DNA of 61,964 nucleotides, counting the filler. It is 5 parts of 5 records of this genome, joined end to end, with 100 filler letters (N's around TTAATTAATTAA, not from the genome) between each part and the next. Parts side by side here need not be neighbours in the genome. Positions count along the whole stretch, not along the records: positions 56,398 to 61,964 come from DRR723986_4146; 4 more parts are not named here. One strand, given 5' to 3'. Numbering within the stretch: the first letter of the stretch is position 1; every line of letters starts with the position of its first letter. Below are positions 60,647-61,964 of this stretch, one piece after another. Both the position numbers and the translations under genes were made by a program. The notes under the pieces were generated by a model. It made no database searches and was not told where the DNA came from. It was given only the letters and a program-made list of their open reading frames with translations.

Positions 60647-61735
60647 ATGACTTCGACAACGAACACTGAGGCCAAGGCCACCGTCATCGTCACCGCACGT
60701 GACCGGTTCAGTCTGGCATCCCGCTCACTGAACAATCTCGTCGAGAAGACGACCGGTTCCTATGACCTGATTTATGTGGATGCCGGCAGCCCTAAAGCTG
60801 TTGCGGAAGAAGTCCGTGCCATCTGCGAGAAAAACGGGTTCCGGTATCTGCGCTATGATCATTTTCTGGCGCCCTGCCAGGCCCGGAATATCGGTCTGCG
60901 TCTCGCGAAGACACCCTACGTTGCATACTGTGAAAACGACGTGATGGTCTCAGAGGACTGGCTGGTAAACGCAGTGAACTGCGCGGAAGAAACCGGCGCA
61001 GAAGTGGTCCAGCCCCTGATCTGCCAGGGACTGCCCATGTTCACCGAAATTCACCAGGCCGGTGGTGACTTCGCAGAAGACATGAATGCGTTCTTCAATG
61101 GCGCAGAGGAACAACATCGTCTGACGGACAGCCACCTCAAACACCAGGGCGAAAAGATCAAGGATGTCGACCTGAAGCGCACCGAAATTCAGGTAACCGA
61201 GGTTCATTGCTTCCTTGTACGGCGTGACGCTTTTGCGTGGCTTGGCGAGTTTGATGAAAACATGCCATGCTCCAAGGACCATATTGATTTCAGCATCAAT
61301 GTCTGGGCCAAAGGCGGCCGGATCATGCTGGAGCCGACCTCCGTCGTTTCCTTCTGTGTACCAAGCAATACATACGCTGTTGAGCCGATGGACCGCGCCT
61401 TCTTCATGTTACGCTGGTCACCGGACTGGCAGCGCCAAAGCCTGAACCACCTTCAGAAAAAATGGAAACTGGAGAACGATCCGTACTTCAAGAACTATAT
61501 GGGCAAAAGGGATTGGCGCTATCGCGCCGGGGTCGCCAAGCCGATCATCCGGAGTATTCCGATTATCGGTCGCAGCTACAAGGTGCAGCAGATTGGCGTC
61601 GAGCTGCTTATGCCCATCCTGTATTTTATCGGTGCCCGGCTCGTTAAACAGCAGGCGCGGGATTACCAGTCTTCCGGGCTGGCCACCCCGGAAGGTGCGC
61701 CGCAAGAAGCCATGAAGGTCAGCTCCGCAGCATAG
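60647..61735 (+). CDS. Glycosyltransferase family 2
   Basis: YVDAGS, ARNIGL, YCENDV (variant DxD), HCFLVRRD; start ATG 60647. Confidence 0.85.
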   Translation: MTSTTNTEAKATVIVTARDRFSLASRSLNNLVEKTTGSYDLIYVDAGSPKAVAEEVRAICEKNGFRYLRYDHFLAPCQARNIGLRLAKTPYVAYCENDVMVSEDWLVNAVNCAEETGAEVVQPLICQGLPMFTEIHQAGGDFAEDMNAFFNGAEEQHRLTDSHLKHQGEKIKDVDLKRTEIQVTEVHCFLVRRDAFAWLGEFDENMPCSKDHIDFSINVWAKGGRIMLEPTSVVSFCVPSNTYAVEPMDRAFFMLRWSPDWQRQSLNHLQKKWKLENDPYFKNYMGKRDWRYRAGVAKPIIRSIPIIGRSYKVQQIGVELLMPILYFIGARLVKQQARDYQSSGLATPEGAPQEAMKVSSAA

Positions 61736-61760
61736 CGGAAAGCTTCAATCAGACCGGAGG

Positions 61761-61792
61761 GGTGCCAAACGCATTGTCGTGCGTTTGGCACC
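61761..61792. terminator. 13-bp stem-loop between the convergent GT2 gene and tRNA
   Basis: GGTGCCAAACGCA (61761-61773) / TGCGTTTGGCACC (61780-61792); no clear T tract. Confidence 0.5.
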
Positions 61793-61909
61793 GATTCCTC
61801 GTTTCTACGACCTGGCCACAATGGAATGGGGATGCTGAGCTGCAAGACAGCCTTCAGCGCCCTAAATGAACGGAAAACTGCCGAATCCAATTCATGATTT
61901 GAAGGAAAA

Positions 61910-61964
61910 TGGCGCACCCGGAGCGATTCGAACGCCCGACCCCCAGATTCGTAGTCTGGTGCTC
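61910..61964 (-). tRNA. tRNA-Arg(ACG), 5' part missing at window end
   Basis: Reverse complement gives anticodon arm CCAGA-CTACGAA-TCTGG, T-loop GTTCGAATC and an encoded CCA end. Confidence 0.93.

Overview
The window is not one locus. It holds five unrelated contig fragments joined by artificial 100-nt N/TTAATTAATTAA spacers. (1) 1-25767, a Rhizobiales-like alphaproteobacterium (inference): EamA transporter, a phnDCEE-type ABC transporter divergent from a two-component system, minCDE, a GGDEF protein, prfC, an unusual acid-sugar catabolic cluster (GntR, Gfo/Idh/MocA, TRAP, ABM-fold protein, MBL lactonase, otnK, otnC, beta-decarboxylating dehydrogenase), and a LacI regulator with three operators before a sugar ABC gene. 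(2) 25868-36118, a Planctomycete-style type II secretion/pseudopilus operon (gspE-F-G-H-I-J-K plus a PilM/GspL-like gene). (3) 36219-47126, Rhodobacteraceae-like core genes (soxB, ccmI, ruvX, DUF1289, TauE, dusA), then a dusA-associated integrase element with a MOB_V-like relaxase, interrupted by an IS21 element. (4) 47227-56297: GNAT, SRPBCC, SDR, a ThDP-enzyme/aldehyde dehydrogenase pair, and an AT-rich array of short co-oriented orphan ORFs resembling an immunity cluster. (5) 56398-61964: a Wzx flippase, three glycosyltransferases and the 3' part of tRNA-Arg(ACG). The best candidates for undescribed biology are the non-canonical oxo-tetronate pathway, the dusA-integrated mobilizable element with its GTAGTCCC repeats, and the orphan ORF array. 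All family calls come from motif recognition by eye; no database searches were run.
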